A stretch of DNA of 64,000 nucleotides from Squalus acanthias (taxonomy: Eukaryota), in assembly GCA_030390025.1 (NCBI GenBank), contig CM059431.1, positions 155,002,001-155,066,000 of the forward strand. Reading direction: 5' to 3'. The notes under the pieces are model-generated. The model was not told where the DNA came from. It saw nothing but the letters and a program-made list of their open reading frames with translations, and made no database searches. Both the position numbers and the translations under genes were made by a program. Position 1 is the stretch's first letter; every line of letters starts with the position of its first letter. Of this stretch, positions 37,501 through 48,811 are shown one piece after another.

Positions 37501-37700
37501 AAAAGCTGGATAGCTGGGATTTCGTAAATGCAGTTTTTAAGAGAGTTGGGAGAGAGATTTTTCGACACAGAATGAAGTAAGTTTGAGGGGGAAGGGGGAT
37601 GTGGAAGGATTGTAATAGGGATTTGGGAAGGCAGCGTATACGAAAGAGCAGAGATGAAAGGAGGTATGATGACTGGAGAGAGCGATCAGGTAGGTTTAGA
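34570..37700 (-). mobile_element. L2-clade LINE fragment, interrupted by an RTE fragment
   Basis: Minus-strand ORFs contain SDCLSDIQFWMS..FLQINIGK and AK.AHYSK.I.E.KD.PRLLFST. Similar to 14077-15650. Confidence 0.85.
34934..35748 (-). mobile_element. RTE-clade LINE 3' fragment
   Basis: MPDTILPKQELYSEL...GQRKSFEDTRKASLKKC (35109-35354). The L2 host joins seamlessly across it (ccaatgt|aggtc, as at 14170). Confidence 0.85.
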
Positions 37701-38199
37701 GAGAAAAGGAAAAAAGGGGAGAAAAACGTGGAAATAGAAGTGAACGGCTCGGGTCTGGAGCGGCACACAAAATGCACGCTCTAGATCAGCGGGACTCACT
37801 GGATTTCACTCGGCAGCTGTCTGTTTCACACCTGACCTGGAGTGGTGATGGTAACAGTCGGGAAATGCTGGTAACCAGAGCTAACAGTTTGCTGTACTGA
37901 TGGGTGAGGAGGGCCTGGATATCATGTTTAATATGGCAACATTCTGCTTCTCATCTTAATATTTCTGCCTAACCCTCCTATTAATGTATTTATTAAAGAG
38001 CATCATAACCTGGGAACGCCTGTCACCGGCATGGCCGAAGTTCGAAACAGGGGAAAGGATACAACAATTTCAGGAATAATGAGAAATAACAGAGGTAGGT
38101 TCACAAAAATAATTAAAATATAATTCCTGTACCGACAAAGGGAGCAGATCTCGTGCAGAACCTGCAGCTCACACAGGAAGAGGGAACAGGACATGAGCT

Positions 38200-38880
38200 G
38201 AGTACAAAATTGGAAGCGAGTGACCCTCTAGAGGGGCACCGCAGTCACAGGTGCAGGGAAAACTGAGTATTGGAACTGACCTATACATACCTGGTTTTTG
38301 GGGACAGTAAGCTAGATAGAGCTAGTGACTCGAAGGAGGGTTTTCCTGAGCAACAGTGTGACTCCAGAGAGCAGGAGGCCACCCCGAGTTGGGCAGAGGT
38401 GAGAGGCAGGTGGGAACAGAAATAGGATAGCAATAGTGGTGGGAGATTCTATAGTCAGGTGAATAGAAAGACTCGTCTTCAGACCTGAGCAGGTGCCAAT
38501 TGGGAATATGCATCCCTGGTGCCAGAGAGAAGAACAATCTGGGAAGGAAAGGAGAGAAGAAATTACCCATGGTCGGAATCAGTAACACGGATAGAAATAA
38601 GTTTACAGAGGGAATATTGAGACTGAGGCACTAGATTAAAGACAAGGTCTCAAGCTGGAGATCTCTGGATTGTTTTGCACTGGGCCGCATAATGAGGGAA
38701 ATATGAGGCAGGTCAATGTGAGACTGCTTGGCTGGAGTAAGGGGGAAGGGTTCAAATTCTTGGGGCATGAAGGTTGAGTTCAGGGAAAAGGGAAGGGACG
38801 GCCGCGATCTAAACCCACCAACAACAATGGTTTCACAGAATAGGTGAATGAAGCAGTGGGAAGGGTCTCAGCTGATATGA
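38200..38880 (+). mobile_element. Highly decayed CR1 ORF1 (esterase-like) remnant
   Basis: Broken AIVVGDSIVR...C.PGA motifs near 38430-38525. Confidence 0.55.
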
Positions 38881-39062
38881 TTCGTGTGACAAATATCCGC
38901 ATTTGAGACTACAGAGTGGAATTAATGAAGCTGTTGGAGCTGATACAGAATATTCATGAAATAGTGAAACATTTTGAGCGGGAAAAAGGAAGGTTGTTTT
39001 CGAATAGAGAGAGATGAAGTCACCTGGTGTTAATAAAAATGAAATTAAAAAGTGTCAATATT

Positions 39063-39722
39063 CGGTGGCAGTAAAAGCAGCGGGAGCGGCTGGAGAGCGC
39101 GAGACTTCGGCTGCAGAAAAAGCAGCGGGAGAGGCTGAAGAGCGCGAGACTTCGGCGGCAGAAAAGGCAGCGGGAGAGGCTGAAGAGCGCGAGACTTCGG
39201 CGGCAGAAAAGGCAGCGGGAGCGGTTGGAGAGTGCGAGACTTCGGCGGCAGAAAAAGCAGCGGGAGCGGCTGCAGAGCGCGAGACTTCAGCGGCAGAAAA
39301 AGCAGCGGGAGAGGCTGAAGAGCGCGAGACTTCGGCGGCAGAAAAGGCAGCGGGAGCGGTTGGAGAGTGCGAGACTTCGGCGGCAGAAAAAGCAGCGGGA
39401 GCGGCTGGAGAGTGCGAGATTTCGGCGGCAGAAAAGGCAGCGGGAGCGGCTGGAGAGCGCGAGAGTTCGGCTGCAGAAAAAGCAGCGGCAGCGGCTGGAG
39501 AGCGCTAGACTTCGGGTACAGTAAAAGCAGCGGGAACAGCTGGGGAGCGCCAGACTTCGGCGGCAGATAAAGCAGCGGGAGAGGCTGAAGAGCGCGAGAC
39601 TTCGGCGCAGAAAAGGCAGCGAGAGCGGCTGGAGAGCGCGAGACTTCGGGTACAGTAAAAGCAGCGGGAGCGGCTGGAGTGCGCGAGATTTCGGCGGCAG
39701 AAAAGGCAGCGGGAGCGGCTGA
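39063..39722 (+). repeat. 45-bp CpG-rich tandem repeat at the CR1 5' end
   Basis: Unit gagcgcgagacttcggcggcagaaaaagcagcgggagcggctgga, about 14 copies. Confidence 0.95.
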
Positions 39723-39899
39723 GATACAAAGGACCGGTGAGTGTAAAAAAGTAAAAAGTAATCGCAGTGTCACGTCAACAGTAATCAGGTAAATGATTGG
39801 TTGATGAGTATTACTCTATTTCTCGCTTTTTTCCAAACGTGGGCGTCTAAGTTTAAGTGCCTTGGAGTAGATTAAAATATATACGTGTTCCAAAGTGAC

Positions 39900-40337
39900 A
39901 TAGAAACATAGAAACTAGGAGCAGGAGTAGGCCATTCGGCCCGTCGAGCCTGCTCCACCATTCAATACGATCATGGCTGATCATCCAAATCCAGTACCCT
40001 GTCCCTGCTTTCTCACACAGAATCCCCATCGAGCCTCCACCGACACATATCCCACCCTATCCCCGTAACCCCACGTATTTAATTCCCCCTAACATATCCC
40101 ATCCTATCCCCGTAACCCCACATATTTAATCCCCCCCTAACACTAAGGGTCAATTTATCATAGCCAAATCAACCTAACCCGCACATTTTTGGACTGTGGG
40201 AGGAAACCGGAGCACCCGGAGGAAACCCACGCAGACACGGGGAGAATGTGCAAACTCCACACAGACAGTCACCCGAGGCCAGATTTGAACCCGGGTCCCT
40301 GGCGCTATGAGTCACCAGTGCTAACCACTGTGCCACC
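39900..40337 (-). mobile_element. tRNA-derived V-SINE (HE1-like) with a CR1-derived tail
   Basis: The minus strand has A box tggcacagtgg, B box ggttcaaatc, core gtgtggagtttgcacattctccccgtgtctgcgtgggtttcctccggg, and a (ttctatgt)n tail. GTGAC flanks both sides. Confidence 0.9.
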
Positions 40338-42282
40338 GTGACGTCGGCGCAGGGGAAGGAGCTGATTAGTGAATAGTGGTCGAGTGTTTTTTTTTCTTCA
40401 ATTTAAAAGTCTATTTTTTTTAAGTAGATCATAGTTAAGGTAGTTCAGGAGAACGAGAATCCGAGAGTTCAAATTTGAGGTAAGAGTTATTTAATTAAGG
40501 TAATGGCAGGGGACCTCAGTCCCGTGCGTTGCACGTCCTGCAGCATGTGGGAATTCCTAGACGCTTCTTGCAGTCAGGATGACCACATGTGCAGTAAGTG
40601 CCAATGGATTGACCAACTGGAGATCCGGTTTTCCGAGCTCGAGCATCAGCTGGAGGCTTTGCGGTGTATGCGCGAGCTCAGACTTACATGGATAGCACGT
40701 TTTTGGACGTGGTCACGCCGCAGAATTAGAAAGTGCAGTCAGAGAGGGAATGGGAGACCACCAGTCAGAAGAAGGGGGGCAGGCCAGTAGTCAGGAAAGC
40801 CCCAGAGTGCATCTCACTCAACAACTGTTATTCCGTGTAGGAAACACGTGAAAGTGACGGTTCCTCTGGGGAGAGCACCCTGAGCCAAGTTCACGGCACT
40901 GTGGGTGGCTCAGCTGCACAAGGGGGGCGGAGTAAAAGTGGAAGTGCAATAGTGGTAGGAGACTAAATAGTGAAGGGTGCAGACAGGCGTTTCTGCGGCC
41001 GCAGATGTGACTCCAGGATGGTAAGTTTCCTCCCTGGTGCCAAGGTCAAGGATGTAACTGAATGGCTGCAGGGCATTCTGAAGTGGCCGTGCGAAAAGTC
41101 CGAGGTCGTGGTTCATATTGGTACCAACGACATGGTTAGAAAGATAGATGAGGTCCTGCAACAAGAATTTAGGGAGCTAGGTAGCAGATTAAAAAGCAGG
41201 ACCGAAAAGGTTGTAATCTCTGGATTACTCCCGGTGCCACGTGCTAGTGAGTATAGGAATAGGATGATAGAGCAGATGAATGCGAGGCTAAAGAGTTGGT
41301 GCAGGAGGGAGGGCTTTAGTTTCCTGGATCATTCTGTCTGTTTCTGGGGAAGGTGGGCCCTGTACAAGTCGGACGGGTTGCACCAGGACCAATATCCTTG
41401 CGGGGAGGTTTGCTAGTGCTGTTAGGGGGAATTTAAACTAACTTGGTAGGCGGATGGGATACGGAGTGGAGCTATAGTAAGGGGTGATGCGCAGCCAAAT
41501 ATAGAGGAAAAAACAAGTCAGTTTGGAAGTCAGAGCAAATATGTAACGGCACAAGGGAGTATGGCAAGTCTGGCGGGCATTCATTTCAAATGCAAGTCGT
41601 CTTGCGAGTAAGGCAGATAAATTGAAGTTGTTGATGAACACATGGGAGTATGATATTGTTGCTATCACGGAGACAAGGTTGAGGGAGTGCCTGGACTGGC
41701 AGCTCAATATTACGGTATATAGAATCTTCAGGCGAGACTGATGTGGGTGTAAAAGAGGAGGGGGTGTCGAAATATTAATCAAGGAGTCAATTACTGCAGT
41801 AAGGAGGGATGATATCATAGCAGGTTCCTCTAATGAGGCAATATGGGTAGAACTTAAAAACAAAAAGGGGGCAAGCACTTTCCTAGGAGTGTACAAAAGG
41901 CCCCGAAACATTCAGGGGCGATAGAGGAACAGATATGTCGGCAAATCTCAGAGAAGTGTAGATATAATAGGGTAATAATAGTAGGGGTTTTCAACTTCCC
42001 CAATAATAACTGGGATAGTCAGAGTGTGAAATGCTTCGAGGGTGCGGAATTCTTAAAGTGCATCCAGGAGAGCTTTTTGAGCCAGTTTGTAGAAAGTCCT
42101 ACAAGAGAGGGGGCGGTACTAGAACTAATTCTAGGGAATGCAGCCGGGCAAGTGGTAGAAGTGTCTCTCGGAGAGCATTTCGGTGACAGTGACCGTAATT
42201 CGGTGATATTTAAGGTAGTCATGGAAAAGGACAAAGATGGACAGGAGATAAAGGTTCTAAATTGGGGGAAGGCCGATTTTAA

Positions 42283-45200
42283 TATAGAACATAGAACAGC
42301 ACAGCACAGTACAGCCCCTTCGGCCCTCGATGTTGTGCCGAGCATTGTCCGAAACCAAGATCAAGCTATCACACACCCTATCATTCTGGTGTGCTCCATG
42401 TGCTTATCCAATAACCGCTTGAAAGTTCCTAAAGTGTCCGACTCCACTATCACAGCAGGCAGTCCATTCCACACCACAACCACTCTCTGAGTAAAGAATC
42501 TACCTCGGACATCCCTTCTATATCTCCCCCCATGCACCTTATAGTTATGCCCCCTTGTAACAGCTACATCCACCCGAGGAAATAGACTCTGAACATCCAC
42601 TCTATCTATCCCCCTCATCATCTTATAAACCACGATTAAGTCGCCTCTCATCCTCCTCCGCTCTAAAGAGAAAAGCCCTAGCTCCATCAATCTTTCCTCA
42701 TAAGACCTCCCCCCCAAAACCAGGCAGCATCCTGGTAAATCTCCTTTGCACTCTGTCCAATGCTTCCAAGTCCTTCCTATAGTGAGGTGACCAGAACTGC
42801 ACACAATATTCCAAATGTGGTCTCACCAAGGTCCTGTACAGTTGCAGCATAACCTCACGGTTCTTAAACTCAAACCCCTTGTTAATAAACGCTAACTCAC
42901 TATAGGCCTTCTTTACTGCTCTATCCACTAGAGTGGCAAACTTCAGAGATCTGTGGATATGAACCCCCAGATCCCTCTGTTCCTCCACGTTCCTCAGAAC
43001 CCTGCCGTTGACCCTGCAATCCTTATTCAAATTTGCCCTACCAAAATGAATCACCTCGCAATTATCAGGGTTAAATTCCATCTGCCATTTTTCGGCCCAG
43101 CTCTGCATCCTATCAATGTCTCTAAGCAGCCTACAACAGCCCTCCACCTCATCCACTACTCCACCAATCTTGGTGTCATCTGCAAATTTACTGATCCACC
43201 ATTCAGTCCCCTCCTCCAAGTCATTCATAAATATCACAAACAGCAGAGGACCCAGCACCGACCCCTGTGGCACACCTCTGGCAACTGGTCTCCAGTCCGA
43301 AAATTTTCCATCCACCACCACCCTCTGCCTTCGATGAGATAGCCAGTTACTTATCCAATCGGCCAAATTTCCCTCTATCCCACAACTCCTTACTTTCTTC
43401 ATGAGCCGGCCATGGGGAACCTTATCAAACGCCTTACTAAAATCCATGTATACGACATCAACTGCTCTACCTTCATCTACACACTTAGTTACCTCCTCAA
43501 ATAATTCAATCAAATTTGTTAGGCAAGACTTACCCTTCACGAATCCGTGTTGACTATCCCGGCATAAGTTGCATCTTTCCAAATGGTCATAAAACCTATC
43601 CCTCAGGACCTTTTCAATTATCTTACCAACCACCGAAGTAAGACTTACCGTCCTATAATTACCAGGGTCATTCCTATATCCTTTCTTGAAGAGAGGAACA
43701 ACATTCGCCACTCTCCAGTCCTCTGGCCCCATCCCCGTGGACAGTGAGGACCCAAAGATCAAAGCCAAAGGCTCTGCAATCTCTTCCCTTGCCTCCCAAA
43801 GAATCCTAGGATATATCCCATCTGGCCCAGGGGACTTATCGACCCTCAGGTTCTTCCAAATTGCTAAAACATCTTCCCTCAGAACATCTACCTCCTCCAG
43901 CCTATCCACCTTTATCACACTCTCATCCTCAAAAACATGGCCCCTCTCCTCGGTGAACACTGACGAAAAGTATTCATTCATCACCTCTCCTATCTCTTCT
44001 GACTCCATGCACAAGTTCCCACTACTGTCCTTGACCGGCCCTACCCTCACCCTGGTCATTCTTTTATTTCTCACATAAGAGTAAAAAGTCTTGGGGTTTT
44101 CCTTGATCCGACTCGCCAAGGACTTCTCATGCCCCCTCCTAGCTCTCCTAAGCTCTTTTTTTTAGCTCATTCCTTGGTACCTTGTACCCCTCAATCGACC
44201 CAACTGAACCTTGTTTTCTCATCCTTACATACGCTTCCTTTTTCCTCTTGACTAGACATTCAACCTCTTTTGTGAACCATGGTTCTCTCACTCGGCCATT
44301 TCCTCCCTACCTGACAGGGACATACATATCAAGGACACGCAGTAATTGCTCCATGAAAAAGCTCTACTTTTCGTTTGTGCCTTTCCCTGATAGTTTCTGT
44401 TCCCATCTTATGCTCCCTAATTCTTGCCTAATCGCATCATAATTACCCCTCCCCCAATTATAAACGCTGCCCTGCCGTATGGCCCTATCCCTCTCCATTG
44501 CAATAGTGAAAGTCACCGAATTGTGGTCACTATCTCCAAAGTGCTCTCCCACATACAAATCAAACACTTGGCCCGGTTCATTACCCAGTACCAAATCCAA
44601 TGTGGCCCCACCTCTTGTCGGCCTATCCACATATTGTGTCAGGAAACCCTCCTGCAAACACTGTGCAAAAACTATCCCATCCGAACTGTTTGACCTATAA
44701 AGGTTCTAATCAATATTTGGAAATTTGAAGTCACCCATGACAACTACTCTGTGACCTCCACACCTAATCATAATCTGCTTTGCAATTTCTTCCTCCACAT
44801 CTCTATTACTATTTGGGGGCCTGTAGCAAACTCCTAACAACGTGACCGCTCCTTTCCTATTTCTAACTTCAGCCCATATTACCTCAGACGGCAGATCCCC
44901 CTCGAACTGCCTTTCTGCCGCTGTTAAACTATCCTTGATTAACAATGCTACTCCTCCACCTTTGTTACCACCTTCCCTACTCTTACTGAAACATCTATAC
45001 CCCGGAACTTCCAACAACCATTCCTGTCCCTGTCCTAACCATGTCTCCGTAATGGCCATCACATCGTAGTCCCAAGTACCAATCCACGCTCCAAGTTCTC
45101 CTACCTTATTCCGGATGCTCCTTGCATTGAAGTAGACACACTTCAAGCAACCTTCCTGTCTGCCGGTACATTCCTCCGACCTTGATACCCTCCTCAGTAC

Positions 45201-46490
45201 CTCCCTACACTCACCACTGGCTCCTGGACTACAGCCCTTTTTTCCCATCCCCCTGACAAATTAGTTTAAACTCCCCCGAAGAGCCGTAGCAAATTTCCCT
45301 CCCAGGAAATTGGTGCCCCTCTGGTTCAGGTGCAAACCTTACTGTTTGTACAGATCCCACCTTCCCCAGAATGTGCTCCAATTATCCACATAACTGAAAC
45401 CCACCCCCCTACATCATCCCTGCAGCCACGTGTTTATCTGCAGTCTCTTCCGGTTCCTCAACTCGCTAGCACGTGGCACCGGCAACAAACCAGGGATTAA
45501 AACATGGTTTGTACTGGCTCTCAGCTTCCAACCTAGCTCCCTAAATTCCTGTTTTAAATCCCCGTCCCTTCTCCTACCTATGGCGTTGGTACCGATGTGT
45601 ACCACGACTTGTGAATGTTCCCCCTCCCCCTTGAGGATTCTGAAAACACGGTCCGAGACTTCACGGACCCTGGCACCCGGGAGGCAACATCCCATCCGTG
45701 AGTCCATTTTGCTGCCACAGAACCTCCTATCTGTCCCTCTGACTATTGAGTCCCCATTAACTAATGCTCTCCTGGTCTCCCCCCTTCACTTCTGAGCCAC
45801 AGGGACGGACTCAGCGCCGGAGATCCGGTCACCGTGGCTTAACACTGGTAGGACGTCCCCCTCAATAGTATCCAAAGGAGTATACTTGTTACTGAGGGGA
45901 ACGACCACAGAGGATCCCTGCACTGACTGCTTCCTCCTAGCCCCTCTCACCGTCACCCATCTATCTTCATTCTTTGGAGTAACTACATCCCTGAAGATTT
46001 TTTCTATGACCACCTCTGCCTCCCGAATGATCCGAAGTTCATCCAGCTCCAGCTCCAGTTCCCTAACGCGGTTTTCGAGGAGCTGGAGATGGGTGCACTT
46101 CCCACAGGTGTAATCAGCAGGGACACCGACGGCGTCCCTCACCTCAAACATTCTGCAGGAGGAACATTTCACTGCCTCCCCTGCCATCCCCCCAGCTACC
46201 TTGCGGATTAAACTAGAACAAGAAAGAGCTTACCTGATATTCACTCACCCCCTTTAGGTTAGAGGAGGTGGAAGGGTGGGGGACACTACAAGTGTAGTGT
46301 CTCATGAAAAGGAACCTTCCAACTTATATATAGGTAAAGAATAATCACTTACCCAGCAACCACTGCGACACGCACTATAAAAGCACACAACAGGTCCGCC
46401 TCCGCCTCTGCTCCCGCGCTGCTCTAGGCCTCGCTGCCGCCTCGGGCTTACCTTTTGTACTCCGCTCTCCTCCGCTCCCTCACAGGTCCG
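42283..46490 (-). mobile_element. Essentially full-length CR1 LINE inserted antisense into the host CR1
   Basis: ORF1 pieces 46187-45786 and 45707-45414. Endonuclease at 45248-44364 (YFNARSI, ITETWL, YRPPN, MGDF, SDHN). A 473-aa RT ORF at 44119-42698. It has several stops and frameshifts and a gttctat tail. Confidence 0.95.
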
Positions 46491-47180
46491 TGAGGATCTG
46501 ACCAAACTGGACTGGGATCAGCTACTTGTAGGAAAATCCATATCAGAGCAGTGGGAGTTATTCAGAAAGGAAATAGAGAGAGTACAGCTCCAACATGTTC
46601 CCGTAAAGGTCAAGGGTGTGACCAACAAGGCCAGGGAACCCTGGATGTCAAGGGATATTCAAGAATGGATTTAGGAAAAAATGGAGCCTCTTGGCAGAAA
46701 CAAAGGACCAAAAACAGTGGAAGCTCTAGAGGAGTATAGAATGTGCAGAGGGGTACTTAAGAAAAAAAGTAGGAGTGCGAAGAGGGGTCAATAAAAAACA
46801 CTGGTGTGCAAACTAAAGGAATATCCCAAGGTGTTTTATAAGTATATTAAGGGCAAGAGGATAACCAGGGAAAGAGTAGGACCATTTGGGACAAAAGTGG
46901 CAATCTGTGTGCAGAGCCGGAAGATGTAGGTGAGGTTTTAAATGAATATTTTGCATATGTGTTCATTATAGAGAAGGACGAAGTAGGCATATAAATCAGT
47001 CAGGGGTGTTGTGATGTACTTGACCAAATTATCATTGAGAGGGAGGAGGCACTAGCGTTTTAGTCGGCTTAAATATGGATAAATCCCCAGGCCCAGACGG
47101 GATGTATCCCAAGATGCTGTGTGAGGCAAGGGAGGAGATTGCAGGGGATCTGACACAAATTTTCAGAAACTCTCTGGCCA

Positions 47181-47317
47181 TCCAATTTACTTCACCTGAG
47201 GAAGGAGCGATAGTTCCGAAAGCTTGTGATTTCAAATAAAACTGTTGGACTATAACCTGGTGTTGTGCGACCTCTCAATTTTGTCCACCCCAGTCCAACA
47301 CCGGCATCTCCGCATCA
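47181..47317 (+). mobile_element. Short Penelope-like terminal fragment inserted in CR1 ORF2
   Basis: Interrupts the host (tctctggcca|...|cacgggaggtgcca). Imperfect TSD tggcca/tgacca. Contains a hammerhead core and AATAAA. Confidence 0.7.
47192..47229 (+). ncRNA. Minimal type I hammerhead ribozyme motif
   Basis: tcac-CTGAGGA-a-ggagc-gata-gttcc-GAAA-gc-TT-gtga: conserved core, stem II, palindromic stem III (aagctt), and stem I tcac/gtga. Confidence 0.75.
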
Positions 47318-48811
47318 TGACCACACGGGAGGTGCCAGTGGGCTGGAGGTCAACTAACGTAGTATCATTATTCAAGAAGGTTAGTAGGGATAAAGCAGCG
47401 AACTGCAGACCAGTGAGCCTAACATCATTGGTAGGGAAATTATTGGAAACAATTCTGAGTGACAGAAATATTCTTCACTTCGAGAGGCAATAATTAATCA
47501 AGTATAGTCAGCACGGCTTTGTCAGGGGGAGATCATGTCTAACCAATTTGATTGAATTGTTCGAGGTGTAACTAGGTGTGTGGATGAGAGTTGTGCAGTT
47601 TATGTAGTCTACATGGACTTCAGTAAGGCTTTTGACAAAGTCCCGCATGGGAGACTGGTCAAGAAGTTAAGAGCCCATGGGATCCAGAGCAATTTGGTAT
47701 ATTGGATCCAAAATTGGCTTAGTGGCAGGAGGCAGAGGGTGAGGTCGAAGGTTGTTTTTGTGACTGGAGGCCAGTGTCCAGTAGTGTACTGCAGGGTTCG
47801 GTGCTGGGTCCCTTGCTGTTTGTAGTGTGCATTAATGATTTAGATATGTATGTAGGAGGTATGATCAGTAAGTTCGCAGATGACACGAAAATTGCTGGAG
47901 TGGTAAATAGCGAGGAGGGAAGCCTCAGACTACAGGACGATATAGACGGGTTGGTCATATGAGCAGAACAGTGGCAAATGGAATTTACCTCTGAAATGTG
48001 TGAGGTGATGCATTTTGGGAGGACTAAGAAGGCAAGGGTATACATAATGAATGGTAGGACCGTAGGAAGAACAGAGGATCAGAGGGACCTTAGTGTGCAT
48101 ATACATAGATCTCTGAAGGCAGGAGGACAGTTAGATAAGGTGGTTTAAAAGGCATATGGGATACTTGCCTTCATTTGCCGAGGCGTAGAATATAAAAGCA
48201 TGAAGGTTATGATGGAACTGTACAAAACGTTAGTTAGACCACAGCTGGAATACTGTGGGCAGTTCTGGTCGCCAAACTATAGGAAGGACGTGATTGCTTT
48301 GGAAAGGGTGCAGAGGAGATTCACCAGGATGTTACTCGGGCCGGAGCGCTTTAGCTATGAAGAGAGACTGGACAGGCTGGTGTTGTTTTCCCTAGAGCAG
48401 CGAAGGCTGAGGGGGGACCTGATTGAGGTGTACAAAATTATAAGGGGAATAGATAGGGTACATAGAAATGAACTTTTCCCCTTCGAAGCGGGGTCAATAA
48501 CCAGGTGCCATAGTTTCAATGTAAGTGGCAGGGGGTTTAGAGGGGATTTGAGGAAAACCTTATTCACCCAGAGGGTGTTTGGAATCTGGAATTCACTGCC
48601 TGAAAGGGTGGTAGAGGCAGGAACCCAGCCAAGATCTTTGCTGTACGTCATCGCATTCGGAATCAGTCCCTGGGACGTGCAGATATATTTCAGCACATTC
48701 AGCGTGTCTGCAAATTCCTGCCAGATTCGCTACAGCGCCAGCATGCGTGCTCGGTGCCCTAGAGTACACCGCCCGCCCTCTTGTGCCAGACACGGTGCAA
48801 TGCCATTCCGT

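Larger units (their letters stand above)
39063..48625 (+). mobile_element. Near full-length CR1 LINE (5' UTR, ORF1 with Cys cluster and esterase-like domain, ORF2) carrying three nested insertions
   Basis: ORF1 pieces 40503-40790 (CTSCSMW...CSKC) and 40970-41416 (LPGAKV, VHIGTND, ISGLLPVP). Endonuclease at about 41560-42280. ORF2 resumes at about 46492, with RT at 47350-48000 and the C-terminus at 48200-48625. Confidence 0.9.

Noticed and set aside
39014..39508. 164-aa Ala/Glu-rich repeat ORF (ERETSAAEKAAG) resembling an antifreeze or coiled-coil protein
   Set aside because: It follows from a 45-bp unit being a multiple of 3. Several frames and both strands are open, and the ORF straddles the insertion junction.
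40270..40340. tRNA-like A and B boxes
   Set aside because: This is the head of a SINE, not a tRNA gene.
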